This document shows, one piece after another, positions 23,803 to 35,997 of a stretch of 64,000 nucleotides of DNA. The position numbers and the translations under genes are program-made. The notes under the pieces are model-generated. The model made no database searches. It had not been told where the DNA came from and saw nothing but the letters and a program-made list of their open reading frames with translations. Location: NCBI RefSeq assembly GCF_032191835.1, contig NC_083224.1, positions 62,434,001 through 62,498,000 of the forward strand. Direction: 5' to 3'. Within the stretch, counting starts at the first letter, position 1; every line of letters starts with the position of its first letter. This DNA comes from Heteronotia binoei. Taxonomy: Eukaryota.

Positions 23803-23973
23803 GATTGTCGACGGGGACTGAGGCAGGGAGTGGAGGTCTGGCCGTTACAATGGCCTGGCTCCGCCCCCTCAAAAACGCGCCGGAACGGTCTGTCAGTCCT
23901 CCCTTCCCTCCCAGGTAGGCAAACAAGGCAAAAGCAGCCTAGCAGCATTGCTGCAGGCTGCAAGCCTCAGATT
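23803..23973 (-). repeat. Split direct repeat A1 (5' terminus)
   Basis: Matches 17334-17504; GC box GGGGGCGGAGCC on minus at ~23857-23868. Confidence 0.92.
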
Positions 23974-24469
23974 CTGATCAAAGAATATACATGAATATAT
24001 ATTTAGTGTTTCTTTGTGTCAGAGTTAAACTTAGCAATCGTTACAGGCTTTATTAGTTTGTTAATATATCTGTGGACCATTTCAATGCTCTCTCTTTAGT
24101 AATTAATTACCCTTTAGAATTACTGCCTACCCCAGTGCTGCTCTGAGAAGCTTTAAAACATGACTTGTTGGATAAAAGTAATGTGTCTCAGATAAAAACA
24201 CTTAATTGCTGCCCCCAGAATAGTTTGAAAAAGTTGTAGGAATATAAAAGTTATCTGCTTGAGTATTTTACAAGGATATGCTTTTAATACATGGATTACT
24301 GCTTATGTTTTGCAGCCAGTAATCTCTGCCTTCTCCAGATGTATTTGCTCCATCTATAACATTGCCCTGCACTGATTTAAAAGCATCAAAGGGTGTTGAT
24401 AATTGTAGGAGAAATGTGATTTTCTTTAACAAGTTTTAAATGTATGTCTGTAGCTGCAGCTTGCCTCTG

Positions 24470-24978
24470 ACTGAGATAGCCCAGTCTAGCTCGATCTGCT
24501 CAGATCGTGAAAACTAGGCAGAGTGTCAGCCCTGGTTATAATAATAATAATAAGTTTTTATTTATATCCCACCCTCCCCACCGAAGCAGGCTCAGGGCGG
24601 CTTACAAGGCATGATATAAAATATCATGGTATAACAATAAAACAAGTAATACAATCAATAAACAAAGCAATATAAATTATACAATATATAAGTTAACATC
24701 AAAATCATTAGTCTAAAAACAGTATAAAGGTGCTATAGTCACAGTATATACAAGATGGCTTGATGATAATTCCAGGTTCATCTTAAAAGGCTAGTTGGAA
24801 GAGGGCGGTTTTGCAAGCCCTACGGAACTGATTAAGGTTAGTATTTGGATGAGAGACCACCAAGAAATCCCAGGGTTGCTAATGCAGAGGCAGGCAATGG
24901 CAAACCATCTCGGAATGTAACTAGCCTTGGAAACCCTATGGGATTGGCATAAGTCAACTGTGACTTTACAGGGGGGAA
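24470..24978 (+). mobile_element. 5S-derived SINE split by an L2 insertion
   Basis: ...CAGCCCTGGTTA | insert | GGTTAGTATTTGGATGAGAGACCACC...GGCAATGGCAAACC. Confidence 0.75.
24539..24835 (-). mobile_element. L2 3' end
   Basis: (TAA)n tail and GCAGGCTCAGGGCGGCT, shared with 39940-40020; GGTTA at both flanks. Confidence 0.75.
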
Positions 24979-25544
24979 AAGCTACAGCATATGAAAAGGT
25001 ACACTGCATGGTGTGTTGGCTATGGCCCAGAGACAAAATGCATCCATTATCATCTGCTCAGAAATTTAACATTTAGACCTTCTAGAGAAGGTGTTGATGT
25101 TGAACCTGATGGTCAGTGGCAACAGTTCTTACTAGCACAGGACAAACAGAAGGACAGCAATTTAAAGCAGGAAGAGTTGCAGAATATGTGAGGTGCTCCT
25201 GCTGAAGATAGTTCAATGTTCATTGGCAAATTTGAAATTCTACAGCTCAAAGAACCTGGTACAAAACATTCTGCTTTGGAAAAATTGTAGTTGCAAGCTG
25301 TTAGCCAGTTCTTTCTCTGGAATACATCCCCCATCCAGATTTCATGTCAGGCTGCTACTTATTTTTTAAAAAACCACAATGATGGGGGGATCTGATCTTA
25401 GATCTCTCATGTCCTATGGACTATCCCTCCATCTATACCCTAGGCAGCCAATGGCCATCAGAAGGTTCTCAATTTCATCATCTGCCTGGCAACCCACTAT
25501 ACTGTCTTTGTTCATCTTCCTCAAAAGTATTGAGGAAGGGGCCC

Positions 25545-25730
25545 CAGAGTATCTGCTCAGCATGCAGAAGGTCCCAGTTTCAATCTCCAGTTAAAAGGAC
25601 TAAGTAGGATGTGAGGTGAAAGACTTCATCCTGAGACCCTGGAGAGTCACTGTCAGTCTAAACAGACTATACTGACTTTGATGGACCAAGGGTCCAATTC
25701 AGTATAAGGCAGCTTCTTGTTGTAAAGGCT
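25545..25730 (+). mobile_element. tRNA-derived SINE with CR1-type tail
   Basis: AGAGTATCTGCTCAGCATGCAGAAGGTCCCAGTTTCAATC head; reverse copy at ~56040-56200. Confidence 0.6.
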
Positions 25731-25885
25731 TTCTCTTCAAAACAACAAAGGTGGGGGGGATTTGCCCAGTTCTCCTGTAAGAGTAGATTGCCCTGTCTTT
25801 TCAACTTTATTCCATCTATACACTCTGAATTAGTTTTGTTCAGTGCCTTATAAATTGAACAACTTAGTCCCTCCCTATTAACCAT

Positions 25886-26056
25886 CAGGCCTCAGATTCA
25901 GTGGGAGCTCACAGGAGCGCAGCTCCTGAACCTTTCTGAGAGTTCCACCTCCTCCTTCTAGGAGTTCCACCTCCTTGTCCATTGAACAGTATGTGCAGCT
26001 GCATAACAAGCCCTGGATGAGCTCCACCACCTATTTTTCTACAAAATGAGCCCTGG
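25886..26056. mobile_element. hAT-like MITE
   Basis: CAGGCCTC start; TTTTTCTACAAAATGAGCCCTG end, resembling the 35292 and 48890 family. Confidence 0.5.
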
Positions 26057-27689
26057 TAGCCATGGAATGCAAAGCAGATATGATGTTCAAGAGAGGCATT
26101 GGGTTTCAGCCCTTTTTCTGTTGTAGGCCAGCTGTTCATTTGGTTCCTCTCCAGGCAGCAATGAAAAGCAGGACAGAAGGTACACAGTGAATTAAATAAT
26201 ATTAAATCTGAGTTTACATACCAATCAAGTCTATTAATAATGTAAATATACCAATACCATTAAATAGATGTCTCAACAACTACAGAATATATCCAACAAA
26301 TTTTGACAAAGCTTAAGCAGTAGAAAATAAAGGTTCAAACAGCAAACATCTATTAAATATACTCCAGTCCTACTAGGCATATGCATTTTTACTTCATTGG
26401 TGATGGGCTGTTCTTGTACTTGACAATTTTTCTAGGTGCATTAATTCACTTCTGTTGGTCCCTGTGGGAAAAGCTTGAAGAAAGAGTTGGTGGAGCTGAT
26501 CTTTTTGCCCTAATCTCTCCAGTAGACCTCTGTGCACTCTGAAAAAAAATGTCAAAGGTTGGGGACCCTCATAAAAATCAGGGCAACATGGGAGAAACTG
26601 CAGCGAGGAGAGGAAATCTGGCAAAGTTGTAGCCCATGTTACCTTAACATGTATAACCACCTTAACTTCTCATCAGAATCTTAGGACATGCCAGGTTGTC
26701 TTCCTCTTCAATAAAAGCAATTATGAGAGGACGAAATCTAAGGAGGCAGAAATTAAATAGGCAAACATTTACTTCTAGTTATTTTGCTCCCTTTCAGTGG
26801 TCTGGGGCAGTCTGGGGTACCAAGGAAATGGCAGTAGGCAGTTAGCATGAGACATTAACAAGTAGCTTTAATAATTCCCCCTTCCCTATCTGTTTTTGAG
26901 AGCATAAGGCAGGACAAATGTCTTACTCTCTATTGTCTAAGCAGGCCTAAATAATAGGCTTCCAATCACATACTTTTGTTGTTGCTGGAGATATTGTACC
27001 TGTTGTTATTCTGCTTATATAATGAACAGTCCAAGTGGAATAGGGCCCCTGGGGAGGTACAATAGTTTGCACACAGCTTTTCTGGCAGTCAGCTTAATTG
27101 TGCTATTTGTTGATGCTGTCTCACTCATGCTTGCGCTCTACAAACCTATTGCTTGAGGCTTCAGAAGCTGTGGGTTGCTGTGGATCACTGTTGTTCATTC
27201 ATGTTGCAATAAGTTGGCTTTGATTTTTCAACCCAAACCAAGTTCAGTTGGGGGGATCAATACTGTGCTTGGTTGTGGCAGTTGCAGCCCTTCTGCCACA
27301 GCAGTGTGCGTTGTTTCCAAACATTCCACAGTTAAATATGTCACCCTGTGACTCTTCTGGCACCAAAACAGTCAGCTGCTTTGGGTTCCATCCCATCTTA
27401 CTCATGCTTCCTGCAGTGTCCATCATCCCAGCAGCTGGAGCCCGCTGATCTGTTCCCCAGTCAGGGGAACTGCAGTTAGACAGATGGTGGACACAAAGGA
27501 AAAAGCTGCCAACCTCAGCTCCAGGTGCTAGAAGTCTTATATTGCACTAGAACATAAGATCTCAAAACAAGTGTACAAGACAACCTCTGCCAATTAAGAA
27601 ATAACAAGCATGCGTCAACCCCCCTTGAGAAAACGTTAAAAGGATGGTATTTCATAGCTACTTGGATAGCATTGCTTACTCATCACGTG

Positions 27690-27825
27690 TGATTCAGGTG
27701 GGTAACCGTGTTTGTCTGAAGTAGCAAAACAAAGTTTGAGTCCAGTGGCACCTTTAAGACCAACAAAGTTTTATCCAAGGTATAAGCTTTCAAGTAGAAG
27801 CACATTTCCTCAGATACAGTGAAGC
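27690..27825 (-). mobile_element. Penelope-like pseudo-LTR fragment with hammerhead core
   Basis: Minus strand: GTATCTGAGGA...GAAAGCTTATAC...TTGGTCTTAAAGGTGCCACTGGACTC. Confidence 0.6.
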
Positions 27826-27937
27826 AGAATTTCCTTACCCATTACATATAGAAAGAGAGCGGGTGAAGGAGTAGTCTAGTTGCTAGGAAGGGCAAATTAG
27901 AGTAAATTCAGACAGAAAATTGGAAATTACCTGTCCA

Positions 27938-30175
27938 TACATAGAATCATAGAGCTGGAAGGAACCTCCATGGTCATCTAGTCTAACGCCTGCATAATAC
28001 AGGAAATTCACAAGTACCTCCCCTCTACACACACCTGAAGTGACCCCTGTTCCAAGCCCAGAATAATGGCAAAAAAGAAAAGAAAACTCTCCAGGACCCC
28101 TGGTAAAACTGGCTTGGAGAAAAAGTGCTGCCTGATCTCAAAGTGGTGAACAGCATTTCCCTGGGCATGTAAGAAGGGGCCACAAGAACTAAGCGCTGAT
28201 GCAACCTCATGAGGAAGCCTGTTCCACTGTGGAACTGCTCTGTCAGGAAGTTCTTAATGTTTAGTTGAAAAAGCTTCTGATTTAATTTCAACCCATTGGT
28301 TCTGGTCCAACTTTCTGGGCCAACAGAAAACAATTCTGCACCATCCTCTACATGACGGCCCTTCAAGTACTTGAAGATGGTGATCATATCACCTCTCAGT
28401 CATCCCCTCTCCAGGCTAAACAAACTCAGCTCCTTTAACCTTTCCTCATAGGACTTTGTCTCCATACCCTTCTCCATCTTTGTTGCCCTCCTCTGGACAT
28501 GTTGTCTATATCCTTTGAAAACTGTGGTGCCTCAAACTGAACACAATACTCTAGGTCAGGTCTAACCAGAGCAAAGTGATACTATCATTTTGCTTGATCT
28601 GGATATTATTCTTCTGTTGATACAGCCCAAATTACATTTGCCTTTTTAGCTACCACATCACACTGCCGACTCATGTTCAGTGTATGGTCCACTAAGACAC
28701 CTTTTCACACAAGCTACTGTCAAGACAAGTCTTCCCCATCCTATAATTATGCATTTGGTTTTTCCTACCCAAATGCAGAACTTGACATTTATCCCCATTA
28801 AAATTTGTTTTGTTTGTTTTAGCCCAGTTTTCCAGCCTGTCAAGATCATCCTGTATTCTGACTCTGTCTTCTACTGTACTTGCTACCCCTCCCGATTAGT
28901 ATCATCTACAACTTTAATAAGCATACCCTCTATTTCTTCATCCAAATAATTTATAAAGATGTTAAAACAGGTCCCAGGACAGATCCTTGTGGCACTCCAC
29001 TTGTCACTCCTCTCCAAGAGGATGGGAAACCATTCACAAGCACTCTTTAGGTGTGATCTGTCAACCAGTTACAGATCCACTTAACAGTAATAGGATCCAA
29101 ACAATGAATATTATGTGGAACCTTATGAAAAGCCTTACTGAAATTAAGAAATTATGTTGACAGCATTCTCCTGATCCAGCAAGGTAGTAACTTTCTCAAA
29201 AAAAGAGATAAGGTTAGTTTGACATGACTTGTTCTTGAGAAACCCATGCTGGCTTTTAGTAATCATGGCCATCTTTTCTAAATGCCCAAGGACTGACTGA
29301 CTATTTGTTCTAAAACTTTTCCAGGTATAGACATCAAGCTGACAGGATGGTAAGTTACCTGAATCCTCCTCCCCCCCCCCCTTCTTGAAAATGGGGACCA
29401 CATTTGCCCTTCTCCAATCTTCTGGCACCTTACCTATTCTCCAAGAATTCTCAAAAATAATGGCCAGAGGCTCATAAATAATATCCACAAGCTCTTTTAG
29501 TACCCTTGGATGCAGTTCATCTGGCCCCAAGGACTTAGTTTCATTTAAAGAAACTAAATATTTGTGTACTACCTCTCTGCCAATCCTAGGCTGCAACTCC
29601 CTTCCCTCATCATGTGTTCTGTTTTTGCCATGTTTTCCCTCACAAGAGAAGACTAAGAAAAAGTAGAAATTTAGCAGTTCTGCCTTCTCTTCATCACCTG
29701 TCACAATTTCATTTTCCTATCATCTTGTTCTTTTTCTCACTTTGATATAAGAAAAAAGCCCTCTTTTGTTGTTTTTAGCATCTCTGGCTAGCCTAAGCTC
29801 ATACTGAGCTTTAGGTTTCCTAACCATCTCTCTACAAGCACTGGTGATTTGTTTATATTCATCCTTGGTTATGAGACCCTCCTTCCATTTCCTAAATGAG
29901 TCCTTGGAAAGCTGTTTATGGAGCCACCTTGGCTTCTTCAGGCTCCTCCCATTTTTCATCCTCATAAAAATGTTTTGTGATCATGCCTTCAATATTTTGT
30001 TTTTAAGTACTTTCTACCCTTCTTGAACTCCCTTCTCCTTAAGTGTTTCTGGCCATGGGATTCTCCCAGCATAACTTTAAGTTTGTAAAAATTTGCTTTC
30101 CTGAAGTCCAACCTGTATGTCTGACTACATATAGCTTTTCCCTTCCCCAAGACTGTAAATTACAAAATTATGTCT
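27938..30175 (-). mobile_element. CR1 LINE, ~2.2-kb decayed 3' portion (second family)
   Basis: GPDELHPRVLKEL, WRRANVVPIFKKG, SQHGFLKNKSCQTNLISF; ATAGAATCATAGA tail. Confidence 0.92.
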
Positions 30176-32362
30176 GCCTGGCTGATTCTGCAAGGCAGCA
30201 GGGGGAATCTCAAACCAAGGGCTCCTCTGACAGGAGCCAGGTGCAACTCTAAACAGATTTACACTGTTCTGAACCTATTGACTTTGCTTAGGATTGAACT
30301 GTTACTCTCCTTGCTGCCATGTCAAGGCAGCTGACTGGGGGAGGGCAACTGCTGCCTTGTACTTTACTGTGCTCCAGTGCCATCACTGCAGATGGCCGGA
30401 AGCTGGTATTGATGCTGAGGCTGTAGTGTGCGGAAATGGATTAATATAACATGGGTTTATTTAAACCCTCAGCATTTGAGATAACTGCAGACTTTTGTGG
30501 AAGAAGCCTCAGTGGTTTAGCATGATCAACTGTTACCAAAAGATAGCTCTGAGTGGAGATGAAAATCTGTTCCTTCCAATGCATTATGGACTGGAAACTA
30601 TTTTGTATGTTTCAGTTCTTTTTGCTCTGAGAGCATCTCTTTGCTAATAAAGCCCTTATCTGTGGGACCATTTGTCTTAGTTTGCTAACTCCTTGTCTGT
30701 CATTCTGCATGGGTACTGCCAGGAAACCTGAATGTCTTGGGTCAAAAATTTCTACCATGAAGGAAGCCTCCCCACCATAAGACACATCTCTATATTCTGC
30801 TGGGGTCAAGTGACTCAAAGAACCACTAGGTCTCCACCAGATAATATAAAATCGCTGCTTAATCACTCAAGCACAGGCTGCTTTCATCATCCATCTTGAC
30901 ACACAGCTGAGGTTTGCAGTTACTGGAGCAAGCAGACTGTCAACGAGTCCTGGTCTACCTGGGGCAAGGACTCTTTGGGGATAAGGGCTGCAGAACACAA
31001 AATTACAAAATCCTGGGGTATGACTCCACACACACCATTCTGGTAGTGTGCTGCCAGCCTTTTTGACAGTTCCCATAGTTAGAAACCAAAGGGAAGATTC
31101 CCAACTTATCTGGGATTAAACAAGAAAACTCTCCCTGCAAGGTAGGCTTGTAAAGTGAGTTTCTCACAAGAGCACTTTACTCTGGTAGGTAGCCAGCCAG
31201 TCTAGCCTCTGGACTCAGACTGAGGTGAGTTGAAGGCAAATAGCCACAAGAAAATAAAACTATATTTTTATTAAGATGCAAGAATATTTCCAAAAAAACC
31301 CCAGAAACTGTGAGGAAAAAAATAATAAAGCTAGAAATTCAAATGCTGACTAACACAGCAACACAGAGATCCCTTCCGGATATCAGATGTTACCATTCAA
31401 AGTTAAAGTTCCAGTAATCCGAGATGGCTCTCTACTGAGTCAGCATAGCTAGGAGCTGACTCTCGCAAGCAACATTCAAGATGGCCACAAAGACAGTGAC
31501 AGTATCTCTGGATCCCAGTCACCATCTTAAGCTAGAGAATAGATTAGAAACCTACATCTTACGGGTAAGGGGACCCTCGTGGTCTCAGGCCTAAAGACCA
31601 ATAGGATCACTAGGTGGTGATGTTCAGCCAATTTGTTAAGCCAAGGAGGAACCCGATGACCTATGCAGTGGTGTGACCAGGGAAAGAAGAATCAAAACTA
31701 TTTGCGGCTAGATTTGGCTTCTTTTCCACAGGTGCGTAATTGAATGGAATGTGGCTAACTGGGAGCTGGTACTGAGTTCCTTGACTCCCCTTTGCAGCTG
31801 GTATTATCAGCAATTACACAAGGTCAGTTTGCTTTAACAAGACTGTTTCTGAACTGTATTTATCCACAAGCAGGTTGCATTCAAAGGCTGAACCAAACTT
31901 TCAGAGAAGAAATTTTAGAGAAACATTTTTCTTCACAGATGAAATTTCCTTTGTACGCGTCACTGGTAAGAGTGGCAGATGCACCTGCATATATTCAGTG
32001 CTTCTCAGGGGAGTCTGCTGCCAACTGGGGCTTCCTGCCATGTGCACAAGTACCAAGACAAGACATCTGCACACCAGTCAGACGACAAGCTAGATTGATG
32101 CAGTTTCATGAAATGCATTTACTGTGAAGTAGTCAGTCCTTGATGGGTTTTCTGCAATTACTGAATGCAGTGATTGCTGCTCCCCCCACCCCCCGGGCTT
32201 CATCTTCTGAAGTTAGTTTTCTCCTAATAAAGTAATACTTTCCAAATATCCAAGCTTGTCAATTATTTCTGACCCCTTCTCATCACCCCAGCTGCATGAC
32301 ATGTTGTGTTTATATCTTTATACAAGTTTATCAATTCAATCAATACATGTTTGTGTGTATGA

Positions 32363-32552
32363 GATGCCATCAAATCACAACTGACTTAAGTTGACCCCAT
32401 GGGTTTTCAAGGTAAGAGATGTTACAGAGGTGGTTTGCCATTGCCTGGCTCTGCATAGCGATGCTGGACTTCCTTGGTGGTCTCCCATCCAAGCACAAAC
32501 CAGTGTCAACCCTACTTAGTTTCTGAGATGTTACAAGACTTGGGCTAGCTTA
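32363..32552 (-). mobile_element. 5S-derived SINE
   Basis: GGTGGTCTCCCATCCAAG (5S box C, reversed) and AGAGGTGGTTTGCCATTGCC. Confidence 0.7.
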
Positions 32553-33666
32553 GAACACAATGACCTTCTGACACCTGCTGGATAAGTCACAACTAGCTTG
32601 ATAACTCTGCCAGATGAAATACTGAAGGTCTGTGGATATGACTTTTAACATCTGCTCAAGGCAGGGGAGATCACACATGGCAGTAATATGTCTGGATTTG
32701 TAAACCTAGTGGAAGAAATGACCAATATATCAGGGTGATGAACTGTCCCTCGCTGAAAGCAGAGGATGTTATTTGCAGATCTGAAGGCAAACCCTCTACA
32801 TTTTGATGATTAGCAAATGTACATCAGCTATGGGATCTGATCTTCTGTGATTTCCGCTGAAATAATTTGCCTGATTCAGAATGTAGGGTAGAACATTAAA
32901 TATTCCTGTTTTTATTTAATTAAAATGGACTTCTATGCACATTTTCACAAAATAACTATGACTGTGAACTAGTCATCCTTTGTTCCTCCTTTCCCAAACT
33001 CCCATAAGTTTGGATCACCTGTTTTTACTTAACTCCAAATTATACGATTGTCTGGGGAGGATAGCCCCTGAAATGGCAGGTCCTCTTTTCTGTCCTGCTG
33101 TGTGTGCAACTCTTGAAATAATCTATAAATGTCTTTCATTTTGGAAAGCTATTAGACTGGGGCAGGATTTCAAACTTTTTGTTGATGTGCAGGCAAAAGC
33201 TGAGAAATACTTAACTTTGCTAGAAGAAACGTTTTCCTTCTTGTGATCTTTTAGTGTTTTACTGCCCTGTTCTACAGTAAAACAGATGATGTCTGTGCTA
33301 GTTTAGTATTTGGCACATTGATAAGTTAGTGACTCATGTTTTTTTCTAAGATTGTTTCTCTGACGCTATGTTTTATTTACTGGAGATCCAACCAAAGTGT
33401 TTATAGGGTGGGAATAAAGACATTGCTTCAAAACAATTTTCCATCTGCCACACAAGGCTCAGAATTGCACTCACCGGTTATACTTCCTCGAGGCAACAGA
33501 AGAGTATGGTAGTTATATTTGTATACAATTCATATAGCGACATGAACCGAAGTGTGTTTTTTTAAAAAATGAAAAGATAGACCAGTTTATTGACCAAAAG
33601 GGCATCTGAAAGATAAACAACTCAGGAAAATTATGTAAGAAAAAGCTCCCTACTTTTCATATACAT

Positions 33667-34812
33667 GGATATCGTGATCACTAGCTTGGTTGCCAGGGTG
33701 CCTGGAGTTTTGATTTGCACACATCTGCTCTAAGAATTGGACTTTACCCACAGTTTCTAAGGCTTATGTGGATACTGTAAGCCTCAGCTTTGCAGCAGCA
33801 TTCTACATCTCTGGATGGGTGTTAGCCGGAACTACAGATGAGCTTCCAGCCATTCTGTGCGTGCACCGCCTCAGTCATTGCAGTGGATGAAGCCGCGCGG
33901 CCATGAGCCGTCAAGGAGAGCACCTTCCAACATGGTTCTGGGAACCAAAGGCTAACACCACCAGAATCCATCTTGTTTTCTGGACTCCATTACAGCAAAG
34001 CAAGAGACTCACGTATCCAACAGCTGCTCCAACTTCTGCATAAGGCAATCAAGCTTATTTTAGGCATGGCTCCTGCCAGACTGCCTAAGCTTTTGTCCAA
34101 TGGAACCCAAGACAAAGGATAGTCACAGCAGAGGAGTAAAGAAGAGGAAGAACAGTTTTACCCAGATCCAGAGCTATTGTGTAGATCAGGTGTCACCTTA
34201 GTAATCAATTCGGCTATCTATTGTCACTTTTAGATAAGTTTGTATAGCTTGTTTTAATCTCTTCCACCCATGCCTTGCCCAAACTGTCACTTTGGAGCCT
34301 CCCATTTCTGTGAGGTAATGTACCAGGTGGTACAGCATCATGTACCATCATGTACCATACTTGTCATCAGCCCCTGGACCTCCTACCACCTAAGGGTTCA
34401 AGGTAGTCCTTATAACCTCTGACCCAACATCCCACACGTGTGCCTCTGACAGTACCCCAGTCCTGCTGTTTAGATACGCCTCTGATACCTGATCAGTTGA
34501 GGGTCCCTTCCCCCATCTCCCTCATTCGTCACCATTGGAGCCTTCCTCGAAGACTACGATCGGTAATTATCACCCTGTTTGTCCATCCTTGTGTTACCTC
34601 TGTATATTTCTCTCTATTTTTATTAGGTCTGTATGTGTGCTGTATGTATCCATTATCTTGTATGTGTGTTCTATAGTTTTCTGTAATAAAAGCATAACTG
34701 TTTTACTTAATTAGTGTCCTCTGTAAATTTAATAAGAATTTCTGGAAGTTGAATCCTGTACACATAGATTCTAGATCCTTTTGAGCCACAGTTGCCCACG
34801 TTAATTCCCCAA
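33667..34812 (+). mobile_element. LTR-like repeat (~1.1 kb), probable solo LTR
   Basis: Collinear homology with the reverse complement of 41597-42560; AATAAA at ~34685; no TSD found. Confidence 0.5.
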
Positions 34813-35291
34813 CCTCTTTTGAGGGCAATTTGGCTTACAATTAGGAACTGAAAAATAAGTGTGGCAATGCATGAAAAATATTACTGTCTAATAATCCATG
34901 AATTATTACTGTCTAATCCATAAATACCTGCCCATGCACTTGTGCACATGGATCAGTTACTGTGGGGATGCAATGGATTGCTGCCTGGAGGGCAGGAGTT
35001 TGCTCTCCTCTTGAGACAACAAAATATAGTGTCTGTAATCTCAGGCAATTTTAGTATGGATTTTGGCCTTGGAAAACAGACTGTGGCAGGTCCTACATGT
35101 GGATGATTCTCCATTGTGGATTCATTGCCACTGAGAGTGCAGAGGGCTTTGCAGTGGAAATGAAATATCCAAAGTAAGTGAGTCTCCATTCTTTTTTCCT
35201 TATTGCCTGATGCCCTCCATCTCCTTGTCCATTGACACCAGAAGTCTTTTCTGCCAGCTTAAAAAAAAGGTTGTAGATATATTGCTTTAGT

Positions 35292-35679
35292 CAGGGCTTT
35301 TTTGTAGCAGGAACTCCTTTGTATATTAGGTTACAACCAGGGCTTTGGGGGGGCAGGAATGCACAGGAACGCACTTCCAGCTGGCTTGGTGTCAGAGGGT
35401 GTGGCCTAATATGCAAATGATTTTTGCTGGGCTTTTTCAACCAAAAAGCCCTGTGTGAAACAATGGTGACATCAGGTGATGTGGCCTAATATGGAAATGA
35501 GTTCCTGCTGGGCTTTATTTTACAAAACAAGCCCAGGTTATAACCCCCTGATGTAGCCAATCCTTCAAGAGTTTACAGTAAGCCCTGTAAGAAGAGTCCT
35601 GTAAGCTCTTGGAGGATTGCCTACATCAGGGGAGTGTAGCCTAATATGCAAAGGAGTTCCTGCTACAAAAAAAGCCCTG
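35292..35679. mobile_element. hAT MITE containing a nested related MITE (35338-35536)
   Basis: Outer TIRs CAGGGCTTTTTTGTAGCAGGAACTCC / GGAGTTCCTGCTACAAAAAAAGCCCTG; inner element flanked by GTTACAAC / GTTATAAC. Confidence 0.8.
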
Positions 35680-35713
35680 GAGTAGTACAGTGATATGCCT
35701 ACTATGTATGTAA

Positions 35714-35890
35714 GTGCCATCAGGTTTCAACTGACTTATGGTGATTCCTGCAAGGGGTATGCAAGACAAGTAGAGGCAGAGGTGGTTTGCTAGTCCCTTC
35801 CTCTTCAGAGTCTTCCTTAGTGAGCTCCAAGTGCCAACCCTGCTTAGCTTCCAAAATTTGACAAGATTGGGCTATACCATGCCACCTTCC
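35714..35890 (-). mobile_element. 5S-derived SINE, partial
   Basis: CCCTGCTTAGCTTCCAA and GGCAGAGGTGGTTTGC. Confidence 0.6.
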
Positions 35891-35997
35891 CTCCCCATAG
35901 TAATATATTGAACTGTCATTTTTAAAAGGTAAGAATGCCTCCAGTGGTCAAGATTGGTGGGAGAAAAGAGGTCTAGAAGAGGAAATGATGCTGGATA

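Larger units (their letters stand above)
16715..23973 (-). mobile_element. Ngaro-type tyrosine-recombinase retrotransposon, copy 1 (near full length, decayed)
   Basis: Minus-strand order: A1, ORF1 (CCCH + zinc knuckle), RT/RNaseH, YR, SGNH hydrolase, B1, A2, B2 (split direct repeats). No TSD; GATT at both ends. Confidence 0.9.

Noticed and set aside
25077-25111. DLLEKVLMLNL peptide resembling a kinase C-lobe
   Set aside because: Short match with no other kinase exons or motifs nearby; likely chance.
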